Source: Marsupella aquatica
Taxonomy: Eukaryota > Plantae > Marchantiophyta
Length of the DNA: 64,000 nt
Direction of reading: 5' to 3'
Assembly (NCBI GenBank): GCA_973895155.1
Contig: OZ316899.1
Location: 6,761,241-6,825,240 of the forward strand
A program made the position numbers and the translations under genes. This document shows, piece by piece, positions 23,600 to 37,133 of the stretch. The notes beneath the pieces were generated by a model. That model was not told where the DNA came from, made no database searches, and worked only from the letters and a program-made list of their open reading frames with translations. Position 1 is the first letter of the stretch; each line of letters starts with the position of its first letter.

Positions 23600-25190
23600 G
23601 TGGGTCCAGGCCCATTCTGCTGACTTACAAGCAGGGTAATGCGCTCTTGCGAGCAGGGTAATGCACTCTTGCGAGTAGGGTAATGCACTCCTGCAAGGCC
23701 TTGTTATCCCGTACCGCCTCCTCTACCTCGTTTGCGGCTTCGTCGGCCTTGGTCTAGAGCCGTGCTACCTCTAGGCTGAGCTGGCCGATGGAGTCACAAT
23801 GGGTCTGGTCCTGCGCCAACAATTTATCTTGCTTGGCGGAGAGACTAGCCACCTACTGAGATGCCTGCAGGAATTGTTTGTTGAGCTCGGTCAGGCTAGT
23901 AGCCCGAGCCGAGGACTCTGAGCGCAGCTGAAGCACACTATCGTCGAGCTTCTTGAGATCCGCTTGCACCGCGCCCAACTCCTGGGTGAGTCCTTCCCGT
24001 TGTTCAATGGTGCGGACTAACTCTTCACGGCGGGTGGTGGCCTCCTCCTTGAGGTGTTCTATTAGCATTTGGAGGCGCCCGATCTCATTCCCCTTTTCCA
24101 TGAGTTCTTCCTCCAAGCGACTTACAATCCGTGGTTGGTGCTCTAACATGAAGAAGGTTGGTTGGAAGTACGCCGAGACTTGTTGCCCGATGTACGTTGC
24201 TAGCTCCCCTGATAGAGTCTGGCTGAACTTCTAGACCAGGTCGTAGGCCATGGTCCCCGGGACTACTTGGTAGTCCTCCATCCTCTCGGGCACCGGTGGT
24301 TCCTCGGGCGGGGCGGCAACCTCCTCCATAATCTGCACTGGGGAGGGGAAAGTTTCTTTAGGTGGTGGAGGGATTGGGGGTGGTTGTACTGGGGGTAGCG
24401 GACGCTCGACCGAAGGGGGTGGCGGAATTTCAATGGGAGGAGGTGGCGGAGTATTAGTCGGGGCCAATGGCTCGGGGTTTGCCCAAGGCGTGGGAGTCCG
24501 CTTGCTTGGGGTTGCCTCCTCTGGAGTGGGAGCGACGTTGGTCGGGGCTGAGGTGGCCATATTCTTTCCCCTGGCCTCCCGCCGCGCCTTGTAGCAGGCA
24601 AGGATGATGGCAATGTGACTTCCTAGGTAGGTCCTTCCCCCGATAGACATACTTGCTTGAGCTCGCTTAAGTTCCCCCAAGAACCTACGGCAAAAGAATT
24701 GGGCCCAGTTCCACCATTTGTACTGTTCCACCTGTACAATTTTATAGAGGGAGATCTCAGATCGTGGCTCGATCATGTGTAAGGTAGTCTGTAGAAGTTA
24801 AGCCGCTCCATGCAGACTAAGTTGGTGCATGATTCCTGCTTGTACCCCTTGTCTGTCTTACCCTCGGGTTTGAAGTGTCGGGGTGTATACTCCTTATCCC
24901 AAATTTGGAGTTCAACTGACACGGGCCCGGTTGGTAGACAAAAGATATGTGCCAACCGATACTCCGTAAGCGACCGATACTCCATAAGCAATAGGGTCTG
25001 CCCTGAAACTTTGGTGGCCGCCCCATCAATGTCAAAGTTGGAGATGAACTCATAAACCTCCTTTGGCCCGGCTGCGCTAGGCCTCCATAGCAAGTGAACG
25101 AACTGCTCCAACTGATGCTCTTTGAGATAGTCCGCGTGGTTGGGTTTCTTGATCGCTATCCAGACTACCTCGGGGCCGTGGATTACCTAT
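23600..25190 (-). pseudogene. LTR-encoded protein (plant-transposon-protein-like domain, Pro-rich linker, coiled coil)
   Basis: ORFs 24773-25111, 24231-24776, 23853-24149. HADYLKEHQLEQFVHLLW..EFISNF..LNFYR..EPRSEIS..WAQFF..YLGSHI is homologous to 46335-48138. Confidence 0.75.
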
Positions 25191-25310
25191 AATAAGTTGG
25201 GTTGTTGATTATTCGAGGGCCGTCAAGACTAGTGTAGGGGCGGCGTTGGTCCGCGCGGTTGGTTTGGGGGCCGGCGTTGTCCTTGCCCGCTTTCAAGAAC
25301 GTTGTTCGAG

Positions 25311-26086
25311 CTACGGACTAACTCGTCCGGTAGAACCTGAAGAGCACTCGGTGTTGTTCATCGGACGGACTTGGGTTTGGTTTGGCAATATGCCGGTAGT
25401 CGTAGGCCGAGTAGTCGGGGGTGCTTTTGGAGTAGCCATATCCCAGTCAAAGGTGTTGGAGCTTTCCTCGAGAAACGTGAGATTACGTGCCGCTTCCTGT
25501 TGTCTGCTGATGTCTTCTTTGTGCTTCTCGACTACAATCTGTTGGTCAATGTAACCTGGGATCTTGTCCAACTCCGCTTGAGTCAACCTTTGGCTGCCCT
25601 TCAGCCTAAAGAACTTTGTGAGGACTTCAAGAATTGCCTCTACTACCGATCTAAGTCCCTCCTTGTTGATATATAGCTTGGTGATGTAGTCCCGCGACTT
25701 GTTGTAGCTGGAATCCCTGGTGATGGCTATCTCCTCACAGTTAACCTGTGCTACCTTGGCCACCAACTTTGTGTATCATCATTCGTAGGCGGCTTTCTCA
25801 GGGCAAGAGTACCAATAAGTCTCGGAGAACTTTGCACCTACCTCGCCAAACAAGGTCCAAAATCCCAAAGCTGTAAGGGTCATACTAACCTTTGCAGTCT
25901 GGTTTGTCGAGTCCGCATCTCCGTTCCACAGTTTTGCTTGCTGGTGGAGGCCTTCCTCGCCCTGACTAAATCTTGCCACAATCCGCTCTTAACCTTCAAT
26001 AATTTCCTGTAAAAGCTAGCTCGATCCGAGAAAAATGCAAGAGTGAGTGGTAGCGTCCACGAATTCCAAAAGTTATGAATGAGCAA
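25311..26086 (-). pseudogene. Upstream coding segment of unknown function inside LTR A
   Basis: Co-oriented ORFs 25880-26086, 25779-25979 and 25311-25766, positionally equivalent to 45492-46165. Confidence 0.4.
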
Positions 26087-26434
26087 ATGGCTTGTGGCGC
26101 CTCGACTCAGCTCTTATGGAGGTGCCAGGGTGAGCTCGAGCGTGAGAAGGCGAGGCCGTTTTAGACGTTGATAATGGCTCAAAGTTGGGTGTCTCGGTCC
26201 AAACATGATCTCCTAATGGATTTTTACTCCACCGCCGCCACCGTACCTTGGCCAATCATAATAATTTCCTTCCCTTAACTCGTAATCATTCAGTCAATTA
26301 ACCTACTCCTAATCTATTCATAATGGCAAAGACGGCTATTTGTACTACTCTACGCTACGGCTACGGTCCTAATGATCGTATAAGTCCTAATCTAGGACTT
26401 GCATTCTATTAAGTGACACGTTACCCGTGTCACA

Positions 26435-27029
26435 GACATGGTGATTAAAAGTCAAGCCAAGAAAAGGATCTGAGACTTGGAAGACCAAGCAGACAAGGAC
26501 AGAAGGAAGATTGATTCCTTGGATGTGGCCCAGAAGAAGTTGGAAGACCATCTCTAGATTTGGAAGCTTCTGAATGGAGTAGTCACCAGTGTTTAGGAAG
26601 CTATTAATGTACCAACCTTGGACTTGTTGGAAGCCAACCTGATTGATAAGTACTTAGCGACTGCCAACCCAAGCACCCTTGCTAAAGTTATTGAGTGTAA
26701 TAACAGGTTTGCCAAGAAGATCACGGGGCCTTTTGATCAAATGGAGAAGGTGATTCTGGATGCGAAGTCCATGTTGACCCCTTCCAAAATCTGGAATGTC
26801 CCCAATGATTCCTGATGCAACCAAAGTAGGAGGCACTCCACCCGGATTTGAGAAGGTTGAGTTTCATTTTCCGGTTGTTTCTCCTTTGAAAATCAATACT
26901 CCGCCAAGTTCTCCTTTGGATTTGCATGAACCAGGAACTACCCCTAATTTAGGGACACCATCAGGACAGATTAATGCCAAACGTGAGTCAAGTAGAGTAG
27001 AGTTAGAGGATAGTACCCCAGAAGCTTAG
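26435..27029 (+). pseudogene. C-terminal part of the LTR-encoded protein of gypsy B
   Basis: LDLLEANLIDKYLA...LAKV aligns with LDLLKTQIYDEYLA...FSKI of ORF 31804-32913. Confidence 0.65.
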
Positions 27030-27824
27030 TAGTTTTTAGATTAGTTAGTTAGTTAGCATTTCCGGATCTGGTTAAGATCTAAATCCGGAATTTGTAGTAG
27101 ACCCGGAAATCCATTTCCAGATTTTGCCTTATACTCATTTTCGGATCTTCCTTTGTTGTCACTTCCGGATTTTAATGACAGTTACTTTTTCCTCCATGAA
27201 AACCGGAAATGACACTTTGATACCTTTTGAGATCTTTTCCTCTTTCCCTTTAGCGTCTTAAGTTCTATGACAATTACATTTCTCTTTAGGTCTCACTTTC
27301 TATTGGAAACATTGAAGCTCCTCCTTAGGTGCTCCTATTGAGCCTCAACCTGTTGTGAGTATAACTGAAGACTCCTTCTCTTATTGAGAAGTTAATACTT
27401 AGAGAATTTGAGATTATACTTGGAAATTGGATTTGATTTGAATTGCTTATGTGAATTCCTGGTAGCATTTGACTCCTGCTACTTTCAGTAGGTGAAATAA
27501 AATGTTTCCTTGCCATGAGCAATCATCTAAATTTGATCGAGAAGTTATTAATTTGAATTGACAATCTTGAAATTTCTGTGTGAGAACTTACCAATTTAGG
27601 CATTCTAGTACCGTCGTCTTTTGTTGACCAGAAAGAATCCTTGGTTTGATAACTAGATCTCCATTTCAATTTCTAGTTAATGTAGGATGTTTATTCTTAA
27701 TTTGGCATGTTGTGAGCTCTCTTGCATTTTAAATCTTAAAAAACCAGGATCCTGTTGATCTGCTAGGGATCGTCATTTTCCATCATCTCTTCCCATAAGC
27801 CATTTGAAAGGAAATTCTTACTAG

Positions 27825-27996
27825 TGTTTGAGTAACTACACAATGATAAGTGTGTTCTTCCTTCAAGTTCCAAATGGAGTATATACATGGTGGTTGGTTC
27901 AAGCCAAAGTCTAGGTAGTTACAGCAGTTACCTAAGGTTAAGGCAACTTAATCCTAGGTGTCCAGATAACCCAAGTCTAGACTTAACCTATGTATT
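27825..27996 (-). repeat. 3' LTR of Bianca copia (last 6 bp on + strand missing)
   Basis: One mismatch to 37442-37613 by eye. Confidence 0.9.
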
Positions 27997-28239
27997 CATT
28001 CTCTCGATGCTCCTTGTCTTGAGAAAAGTAGCCAGGGTTCTTTGGTCGAGAGTCGGCGTTCAGGAGTATGCAACTTCAGCGTCAAAATGTATTCGTCGTA
28101 AGAGCTGGGGTGATCGGTATTTTGCGTTGTTCGTCTTTCTCGGCCGTTGCTTGGTGTGTATGCTCCCCCTGAATTAGAAGATTTCTTGAACTGGTTTCTT
28201 CATCATTCCTGTAAGAGTGAAGTAAAGCTGCACATCCCT

Positions 28240-30812
28240 AAAGTGTTGGTAAGTTCACTGTGCGTGATAGGAGGTAAAGCCTTTGTGAATATGTCGGCAA
28301 AGTTTTGTGACTAGGGATCCATTGTACTTTGATCTGTTTATGCTGTTGTTCATATGTAAAGAAAATTTTTGGAGCAATATGTTTCGTTTTATCACCTTTG
28401 ATGTATCCTGCGGTTATCTGTTTGACGCATGGTCTATTGTCTTCGTAAATCACAGTGGGTGAAGTAAGTTTCGACATACCTATGTTTTCTAGAATGTAGT
28501 CTATTACTGTGCGTAGCCAAAGGCATTCGCGGCTAGCTTCGTACAATGCGATTATTTCTGAATGGTAATGGTAATGGTAATGTATTATAAGCTCCGGGAC
28601 CATGAAAGTCAAAGGAGCTGCCACAAAAAGTAAAGTACAATGCAATCAAAGAAAAGAGCAACCAAAAGAGATTGCTCAGAAGAGGACAACTATGTCCTCA
28701 AAGAAACTATGGACCTAGAGAGCCCTGAAAGATTTTCCAAACCTATTCTCCTTTCCCTATCCACCGCAAAGATATATCTTCCAAGTTGCTGAGGGGGCAG
28801 ACCAAACAATGCATACAAATCTTTCACCAAGATTTGAGATGCCATCCTAACCCCCTCATAAAACTTGCAAGCAATGAATACATGATATTCATTCTCTATA
28901 CTAGAGCTATCACATAGTTGACAAACCCTCTTTTTCCTGTCAATATCCTTCCATCTCCCTTGTTCTACTTGAGGTGGTGTGAGCTTAGTCTATACTGAGC
29001 AATAAGTTGTCTAAGTTGTACTGAGATAGTGCTAGATAAGTATTCTTGTTCTCGATATTTCTTCACGGGGTTCACATCTCTCATGTAGTATTGCTGCCGT
29101 GGGCTAGGTTCATGCCAAAGTTTGTGCAAAGCCTTTTGCTCAAGTTTTGCTCTTAGCTTGGTTGGGTGTGTTGGCCATTCATGTTCAGGAAAATCCCAAG
29201 CATGGGCCCACCTGCACACATCTGCATACCACCCTTTAGCTGAAGATGAGCGCAAGGCATGAAAAGGAAATCTGTTTTCCTCCAACTCTCTTACACGCAT
29301 GATGTATGATGGAATGATTAGATGATGTTGTAGTGAGAGATTGCTTGGTGCTCTTCCAAGAAATTGCTGTAGGTCCAGTAAGAAATACGTAGCCTGTCTA
29401 GGATTTTGCATCTGTAGGGTCGGATAAGTATCCTGCGTCTGCATATCCATAGAGTGTAATGTTGATGTCTGATGGGTAGAGTAAACCATGCAAGATCAAT
29501 TGTTCCACTCAAGTAGCGGAAGATTTGTTTAAGCCCATTCCAATGTCGTATGGTGGGCTGTGAGCTATGGCATGCTAGCAGGTTCACTGCAAATGCAATG
29601 TCCGGCCGTGTTTGGCTTGCCAAGAACATGAGAGCGCCTATCGCAAATAGGTAGGGCTTCTCAGAGCCCAGTAGGGGTTTGTTCTCTTCTCTTTTTCGGA
29701 AAATATCTTTGTTCCGATCCAGTGAACGCAGGTCCATTGGAGATTTTACACTCTTTGTTGTGATCATTTTGAATGTTGTGAGCATTTTTTGAGTGTATGT
29801 AGATTGGTGGAGAAGGATACCTTGAGGTAAGTGCTTGAGCTGTAAGCCAAGACAGAATGTTGTCTTTCCCAGATCTCGCATTTCAAAAATACGTTGGAGC
29901 AGGTTGATTGTTTCTAGCATTATCTTGCTAGTGCCAAACAAGTTTAGATCATCGACGTATATTGCTATAATGATCAGTTCTTTTCCTTCTCGTTTAATGA
30001 ATATGCATGGTGCAACATCTGCATTTGTAAATCCCATGGCTATCATCTCTGCTTGAAAGCGTTGATACCAGGTGCGTCCGCTCTGTTTCAGCCCATACAG
30101 TGAGCGCAGTACTTGAATTGCAAAGCGGATTTGAGCTGTACAAGCTTTCGATCTTATCACTGGCTTTGGAGAAGCCTTATATGCATATGTCTGTGATGTG
30201 TTGTGTAGCACATTATGATTTGTGTGGCCAAACGGGCCAGCTTCTTGGCTTTTTGGTAAGTTCTCCCCCTCACTATGGTATTTAAGCCTGTTTATCAGCT
30301 CAGGCGGAGCCTCCATCTGTATGTTCTTGTCAAGTTTTCCATACAGGTATGCGGTCATTATATCCAATTGATGCATGGAAAGTTTATAGTGTATTGCAAA
30401 TGCTATGAGGTACCTGTAGGTGATGATATCCATCACTGGAGAATAAGTCAAGTCGTAATCCCTTCGTGGGATTTGTGTAAATCCTCGGGCCACAAGTTGT
30501 GCTTTGTATCTCACTATTTCACCTTTTGCATTTCGCTTCTTCACAAAAATCCATTTGTATCCAGTCAGGTGGGTTTCATGTGAAACCGGGGAAATCTGTC
30601 CAAATACTTTACGTGATATAGTGAATCCAATTCGGAGTTTATGGCTGATTCCCATTTTGTCCAATCGTGTCGTTTTTGAGCCTCCAGGATTGTTTTGGGA
30701 TCAGGTAAATCTTCAGTGATATCTTGTGATGTTTGGAATACAAATGTATGATCCAAAGGTGTGGTCCGACGATCCCAGATTTGTCCTGTATGTTGATAAT
30801 TGATGGCAATTT
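28240..30812 (-). pseudogene. Copia RT-RNase H, frameshifted and split by a LINE
   Basis: GYKWIFVKK..RYKAQLVARGFTQ, SLYGLKQSGRTW, IYVDDL, SNHSEIIALYEASREC, YEDN, KHIAPK. Confidence 0.92.
28561..29311 (-). mobile_element. 5'-truncated LINE (RTE-X/CR1-L2-like ORF2 C-terminus) with (CATTAC)n tail
   Basis: YRLSSHHLK*EQGRW....R..RVCQLC....IENEYHVFIAC..Y zinc-finger end. The same 3' UTR and tail recur at 41480 and 43002. Confidence 0.85.
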
Positions 30813-33800
30813 TGTAGCAAGGTGATAAAGAGATAAATGACTATTTACTCCTTAATAACTCGATTTCGTTCTCGTTAGGAGTGGATAAGATCGAAAAGAC
30901 TGAATTAACACAATTTGAGAAGTTTACACCAACATTCTTAGGTTGGAGAGATTTCTAATGATCTCCTTAACATAAGTGTTTAACCACAAACTCAAGTGGG
31001 TAATCCTTAGGATTCACAGTGCAATAATAAAGACTAGAATTAACAAAGATTGAAACTAGAGAGAGTAGGTAGGAGGTTTCAAAGTGCAAGGAAATTGAAT
31101 TCCGACCATCACCACTCCTTCAATAAGGATTATGGCCTAATTTAAGATTCGGAAATCAACATTGTATATGCTTTTTGATTTCTCATAGTAACTCTTCTCC
31201 ATCTCTTGAATTTAGAAGACAACAATGTAAATCAACCCGGGACACTTTTCTGGTCTTGCTTAAGACGGTACTAGGATACTCGAATTGGTTTACTTCTCCT
31301 ACTATCCTTAAGATTGCCTATTTGAGTTTCACGTAAATTCCAATTTCTCTTTGGTGAATCTTCTATATGAATTGGTCACAGACCTTGCTGATCTTCCAAT
31401 ATCATCATAGGCACACACTAGTATTCATTGAATATTGCACAACAACTCAAAGGGTTGCTAATCTTGAAACTTCTCTTTACTTAACCATGGTAAAAAGAAG
31501 GGAAGAAAAGGCATAGATTTCTCCAAAATCAAAACGGGGAAATCAAATGCATCTCTCTCTCCCGGGGTTGACTTTGGGTTCTCCTCCTTTTGTACTAAAA
31601 GTGGAGATTATGAAAAGACATGCCTATTCAAAACCCAAGTCTAAAGAAATATGTAAATAAAAGTGAACTATCTTAGTAAAAAAATGGAGTAGAGTCTCCA
31701 ATGGATACACCAACAAAATACTGGAGTCTGCTTACTCATATACTAGTCTATATAGCTATTTCTAAGTCTAAACTAATGTGGTTCTAACTCTCTAAATATA
31801 ACTCTATTCTGGTCCTAGCTTTTGGGAAGGAACCTCCTCAGGGTTAGCCATGGCAAGGGGTTCTGGTCGAAGGAAAACTCCCTGCTGGCCAGTGGTAAAA
31901 GGGATGGACGGGTCAATATCCATGTTCTCCTGATGGGCACTTGGGTCATGAGAATAAGTGTAAGAATGAGAGTGGAAGTGTGTACTGGGAGTGGGGAAAC
32001 CAGGAGGGTTGAGGGGCGATGAGGGGCTAGTGGAATAGACTCCTTCATGAGGACTAGGAGAGAAAGATCTGGTAGTAAAGGCATGAATCTCAGTATCAGC
32101 TAATAGCTCCTCTGTAGTCAAGTCACTCATCTCCCTTAAGGCTTCACAGGTCTTTGAGAGACCCGTAAGTGCATCATCTACTCTGGCACTCACATCTACC
32201 ACTAAATGGTTAATCTTGGAGAAAAGGATGGGTGTGGTGTTCTTGGCCAAATACTCATCATAAATTTGGGTCTTAAGAAGATCCAGAGAAGCTATCTTAG
32301 TCAAAGGCTCAATCAGATCCAAAGATTGAGTGATACTGAGTTGGAGAGTATGCTCAAGCTCATTCTTCTTCTTACTCCTTTCCAACTGCTGTTTGAGTTC
32401 AGATACCTTCTTCTTGAGGAACTCATTCTCCTTCTCCAACTTCCTCTTATCTGTGGCATCACTCATGGTGGAGATCTTTTCAAGAATCTGCCCCGGTTTC
32501 ACTCTTAACTTCTGAGAAATGTCAGTGATGGCCTTCTCCATCACAATGGTCTTCCTCTTCACCTTCTGGAATGTATCTAAGATGATCTGGAAATCAGCTA
32601 GGGTGTCTAGGGAGGCATGGCCGGGTGCATCCGGAAATTCAGTCGGGTCGGCAAAGTCCGGGTCGAGGTTCCGGGCAGCAGACCGGGTCTTTCGAGGATT
32701 TGTCTCTGCTGGTTCCTCATCCTCACTGTCATCAGAGGTGGCCTGGGTGATATCTGGATCTGCCTCTCCATACTTTATGAAGTTGAACTTGGCCAATAGT
32801 AATTTCTTCTCCTCTCTGAACAAAACTCCTTCAAAGCTATATAGATGTACTAGGTAGCAGGAGAGGGGAGTAGGACTCTTATTGGACAGGTTCTGTACCA
32901 ACTTCCTTATCAAATCAAAGATAAGCTTAGCCCAGTTGACTTTTCTTTCTCCCTTGTAAGCAGCAACAATGGTAGAGCCAACTCCAACAGTAACTCTTCG
33001 TGGCTTATCAGGATATAGCAGGAAGCTGAAGACTCATTTCAAATCAGGATCCAAACACTTAGAAACATTGAACCCATCCTTACTGTTGATGGCTCCTTTG
33101 AAGTAAGGAAGGATTAGGTTGACAGCTCTCCCCACTGGACCTTCTCCTTCATCTTCCAATACAAAAGCTCCTGCAACCATCATCTGAGTCCATCGCTCAG
33201 GTCGGCCTCTAGAGGTATCCTTAAACTCAGCCGGACACTCCTTGGATCGGATCTCTCTGATCATATCTTCGCTCTGATAACTCCAGAGTAGCTCCATCAG
33301 AGACTCACAGCCCATCATGAGCAAAGACTCCCTCAATTTGACCTTCTCAGCTTCACTGTCCGGAATAGCTGGCCTCAGAATTTTCATGGCAATGGGGACC
33401 TCCTTTCTCTTTGATTGTCTCACAGGAGCTTTAACCGGAGTAGGTGCAGGTGATGTTGAGGTTTGCCCCATAGAAACGCGAGAAGTGGATATTCCAGCTG
33501 GATCCGCCCCTTGCTCCATAGGATTTCTGGAAGTAGCAAATTGATTTTTGGTAAATGTTCTGCATCCTCTACGGTGAGCTCTACAATGATGTGGCTTCAG
33601 AATGTTCAATCTCTTTAGTGTCGACCACTGGTAGAAATGTCTGGGTCGACCTGGCCGCAGCGTTTCTGATCAACTGACGAGCTTTTCTGGAGAAGTGTAT
33701 CAAGATTCCGTCAACCAAAATATAGGTGCATCTAACTTGGGGAAAAGCTAGACTCAATCGGGCCTACAACGGTGATGTCCGGGTCGACCTGGCCTCCCTT

Positions 33801-34387
33801 CTCACAACCGATGTATCCACAATCAGGATCTTAAACTTCCTGCCTTCACTTCCAGCGGTGGAGTAGGCATTCCCCTCACAACGAATCAGTCAGTACCCTC
33901 ATATCCAGGCTCTCATCATGCAATGCAAGATTGGTCCTATAATCCGGACCCAAGATCCTCTACCAAAAGGGTAGAGCCTCCTCACTCTACAGCTTAAATA
34001 GCCTAATGCGCTCGGGAGCTCAAAACCTACTAAGTTCGGCTTTGAGAGGTGTGAGAGGCCGGATCGACTCTCCTTCCTTATATCCGGATTCTGCTTTGGT
34101 CGTGCCTGTGTTTGACTTATGGTTTTAAAAACTTGGCAATGGACAGCTGTTGTTCAGTAGAGTCGCGGTATAAGCTTTTATATCTCATCACGGCTTATAG
34201 TAAAAAGTTTTGGGTCGATCCTCCTTCTCTAATATCAATCCGGGTTGACCTCTGATGGGCTTGAAAGTCTCATACCACTTCAAAGTAGTCTTCAGGTCCC
34301 TCCTCAGCCTCATTTGAGATCTTAAACGTAAAAATTCTAAAATTTATGGTTAGTTAACCCTTCTTTCATAAACATCCTTATCTCACA
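30813..34387 (-). mobile_element. Giant solo LTR (3575 bp) related to LTR B, TSD AATTT, containing a ~571-codon gene
   Basis: TGT...ACA ends. AATTT at 30808-30812 and 34388-34392. Removing the unit restores the copia EIAINY reading. Non-coding 31240-31290 (-) matches 27590-27640. Confidence 0.88.
31804..33519 (-). pseudogene. LTR-encoded protein with a single in-frame stop at 33034-33036
   Basis: ORFs 33034-33609 and 31804-32913 are in frame: KDGFNVSKCLDPDLK*VFSFLLYPDKPRRVTVGVGSTIVAAYKGERKVNWAKLIFD..PTPLSCYLVHLY, then coiled coil and Ser/Pro tail. Confidence 0.8.
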
Positions 34388-34392
34388 AATTT

Positions 34393-37133
34393 CATGTTCG
34401 AGATGCATTGTTTCAGAAAGTATCTCTGTTGTCGGTGGGATTGATGCTGGCTGTATGTTCTCCTTGGAGCGCCTCTGCCTTGGCTGCTTATCTGTTGCTC
34501 TAGTTGGTCTCCCACGTTTGACTCAAGGTTCTGTTTGATTTGCCGTTAGATCCAGGTGCTGTATTCGGGACGGAGTGTTCGCTGTTGGGATGTGGGATCT
34601 AGTCACTTTAGCAGCATCTGCGAAAGCATCACGGAGTTGATCCATCATTCTTGTAAGGTGCAGTGTGCGTTGAATTTCTGAATCCGCTTGTTGTGTGCGA
34701 GGGTCATTCCAAAATCCAGTCTGGATTTGCCATCGTAAATCTTTAGGTAATTTGTGTCCATGGGTTTTCGTCACCTCCAACTTGGGGAAAATAGTTTCAT
34801 AAAAATGGCAATCAGCGAAACGTGCTTTGAATACGTCCGCTGTTGATGGCTCCAAGTAGCGGATAATGGCTGTGGAGTCAAAACCCACATAAATGCTAGG
34901 TTGGCGCTGTGGTCCCATTTTTGTCCTCTTAGGCCCCAATATTGGGACCAATACTTGACAGCCGAACATTCTGAGATGGGAAATGTTCGGGGAAGAACCA
35001 AAAGCTAAATTGTATGGTGTACTTGAATTAAAAGCCAATGGTCTGTATTTCAGTAATGTAGCTGCATGGAGAACTGCATGGCCCCATGCAGAGGCAGGGA
35101 GATTTGTTTGCATAAGCAGGGGCCAAGCAATCATCTGTAATCTTTTGATGAGTGACTCTGCTATTCCGTTTTGGAAATGTACATGTGGAACTGAGTATTG
35201 AGCTTCAATTCCTATTGAAACACAAAAGTCATCAAATGTTTGTGACGTAAATTCGCCTGCATTATCCACTCGAAGTTTCCTGATAGGATTGTCGAGAAAC
35301 TGTGCTTTTAACGTTAATATGTGGGCAAGTATCCTTGGAAATACCAGATTTTGGGTAGATAGGAGAGAAATCTGTGACCATTTTGACGAGGCACATATTC
35401 TTTGCTAAGAAAAATCGGAAGGGTCCACTCGGGGGATCTATTGGGCCACAGACATCAGCATGAAGTCGCTCAAGGAATCTCGGTATGGCTTTGTCTGTGG
35501 TTGAGGGTGCTGGTCTAGTGACCATCTTGCCTGTTGAACAGGCTAGGCAAGGAGATGTGAGTGATCTGGGGTGTACTGTAGGTGGGATGCCCTGGCAATC
35601 TTTTATGATCTTATAAAACATGGTTGTGCCAGGGTGGCCCAACCGGTTATGCCATATTTCTGTAATTGTGCTATTCTTGAGCTCTGTATGAAAACTATAT
35701 GCTTTCGTAGTGTAAAACCCTGATGGTAGTGCAGTTAATGTCTCTTTTATCTGTATTCCGGTTGGTGTTTTTGCCACAATTTGTAGAACCTCCCATGAGT
35801 CAATTATATCGGTGAGTATGTGCAAATTATTATCCCGGATGTCTTTGAAGCTCAATAGATTTCTTGTGGCTTTAGGAGCATAAATCGCAGATTTTATGTG
35901 TATGTATGTGCCGTTGGGTAGAATGAGTTTAGCTGGGCCGTGGCCTTCTTCTAGTTGATATTGGCCCATTATTGTGGTGACTCTTCTGTGGGAGGGAGTT
36001 ATGAATTTAAAATATTTTGGGTCTTGTAGAATGGTGTGCGACGTGGCACTATCGACTATGCAACAATTTAGTGAATCCAGGTTTTCATTTGGTTGGGAGA
36101 CTAGGTGAATTTCTGGTAAGATGGTAGGGGCTTCTAAAAATGCTCCATGAGATTCATATGTTTCTCTGTTTAAGCTTTGCTTATAAAGATCAACCAGATG
36201 TGTAGGTGCTCTATAGAAGCGTTTAATATGTCCTTTTGTGCCACATCTATTGCAGATAGGGGGGTTTTCAGACTTATCTCGGAAGTCATTGGCTCTCCTT
36301 GTCGGTGGGTTATACCCATTGTCCCGTTTCCATGAATTTCTGGAGCTGTTGTATCCGCCCCTATCTCGTCCTCTGCCTCTGTAATGTTGATTTCTTCCTC
36401 CTCTGAATGATTGAAAACGGCCGCCCCTCTGGGAGCCTCGGCCTCTATATGATCCTCTTTGGTCTCTTCTGTCTTGTGATTGATTTCGATGTGTTGTTTG
36501 TGGAGCATTGTAATGAGTTTCCGCCTGTGTTTGGGGAGGAAGGGTGCCAGGTGGTCGAGCTTTTGTATTCTGTAGCAGTAGAAGCTGATGCTTCTCTGCT
36601 AAAAGCATATGGGCGATTAGCTCTGAATATCTTGTAAACCTCATATTTTGGTACTGCGTTGATAGTACTAAATTTATGGAGTGAAGTGTAGATAGAGTTT
36701 TCTCTATCTGTTCATCATCTCCTACTGGGTGTTCGCAAATAGTCAATTGAGATACTATGCAAAAAAGTTCACTGTTATATTCAGCAATTGACTTGTGGTC
36801 TTGTATGCGCAGATTAATCCAATCATGGCGTGCAGCGGGGAGAAATATAGTCCGAGTGTAATCGAAACGGTTCTTTAGTTCCTCCCATAGAATTTGAGGA
36901 TTGTATTCATTCATATATTGGAGCTTGAGAGAATCCACTAAATGGTGTCTTATTAGAATCAATGCCTGGGCCTTTTGTTGTAAAGTGTGGCCTGCATCTG
37001 TAAGAATAGTATCGGGAATTTCCTTTGAGGCCAAATGTGCCTCCACGTCCAGTGACCACGACAAGTAATTTGAGCCATCTATATCTAGTGCTTGAAAGTT
37101 TAATTTCTCGATTGCACTTGTCGAAGGTGCCAT
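34393..37133 (-). pseudogene. Copia gag-PR-INT (frameshift near 35390)
   Basis: ORF 35262-37133: gag, CNRCGTKGH knuckle, IVDSATSH protease, WHNRLGHP..CLAC, LHADVCGP. ORF 34523-35269: DNAGEFTS..QNGIAE. Confidence 0.93.

Larger units (their letters stand above)
18729..26434 (-). mobile_element. Non-chromovirus Ty3/gypsy element A (Phygy/Selgy/Athila-like), 5' half, with 3.9-kb gene-bearing LTR
   Basis: LTR 26434-22537, PBS 22519-22501, gag, two CCHC knuckles, VPVDGGSGVNIM protease, RT truncated at EWGTYA. Confidence 0.9.
22537..26434 (-). repeat. Giant 5' LTR (~3.9 kb) of gypsy A containing coding sequence
   Basis: Starts TGTGACAC and ends ATGGGCGCGACA near the PBS. Same size, end motif and gene content as the TSD-flanked unit 45024-48998. 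Confidence 0.8.

Noticed and set aside
28561-28582. (TGGTAA)n as a telomeric repeat
   Set aside because: Only 3-4 units, always attached to the same LINE 3' UTR.
28238-28645. ORF with HYHYHYH motif (also 42946-43248; PLPLP at 41569-41829)
   Set aside because: Chimeric read-through of the LINE (CATTAC)n tail into retroelement sequence.
28965-29489. 174-aa ORF as a single gene
   Set aside because: It fuses out-of-frame copia RNase H sequence to the LINE ORF2 fragment.
30813-34387. Giant units interpreted as TRIM/LARD or DNA transposons
   Set aside because: No terminal direct repeats, no internal PBS and no long TIRs were seen. The 5-bp TSDs, TG..CA ends and homologues next to PBS-gag favour solo LTRs.
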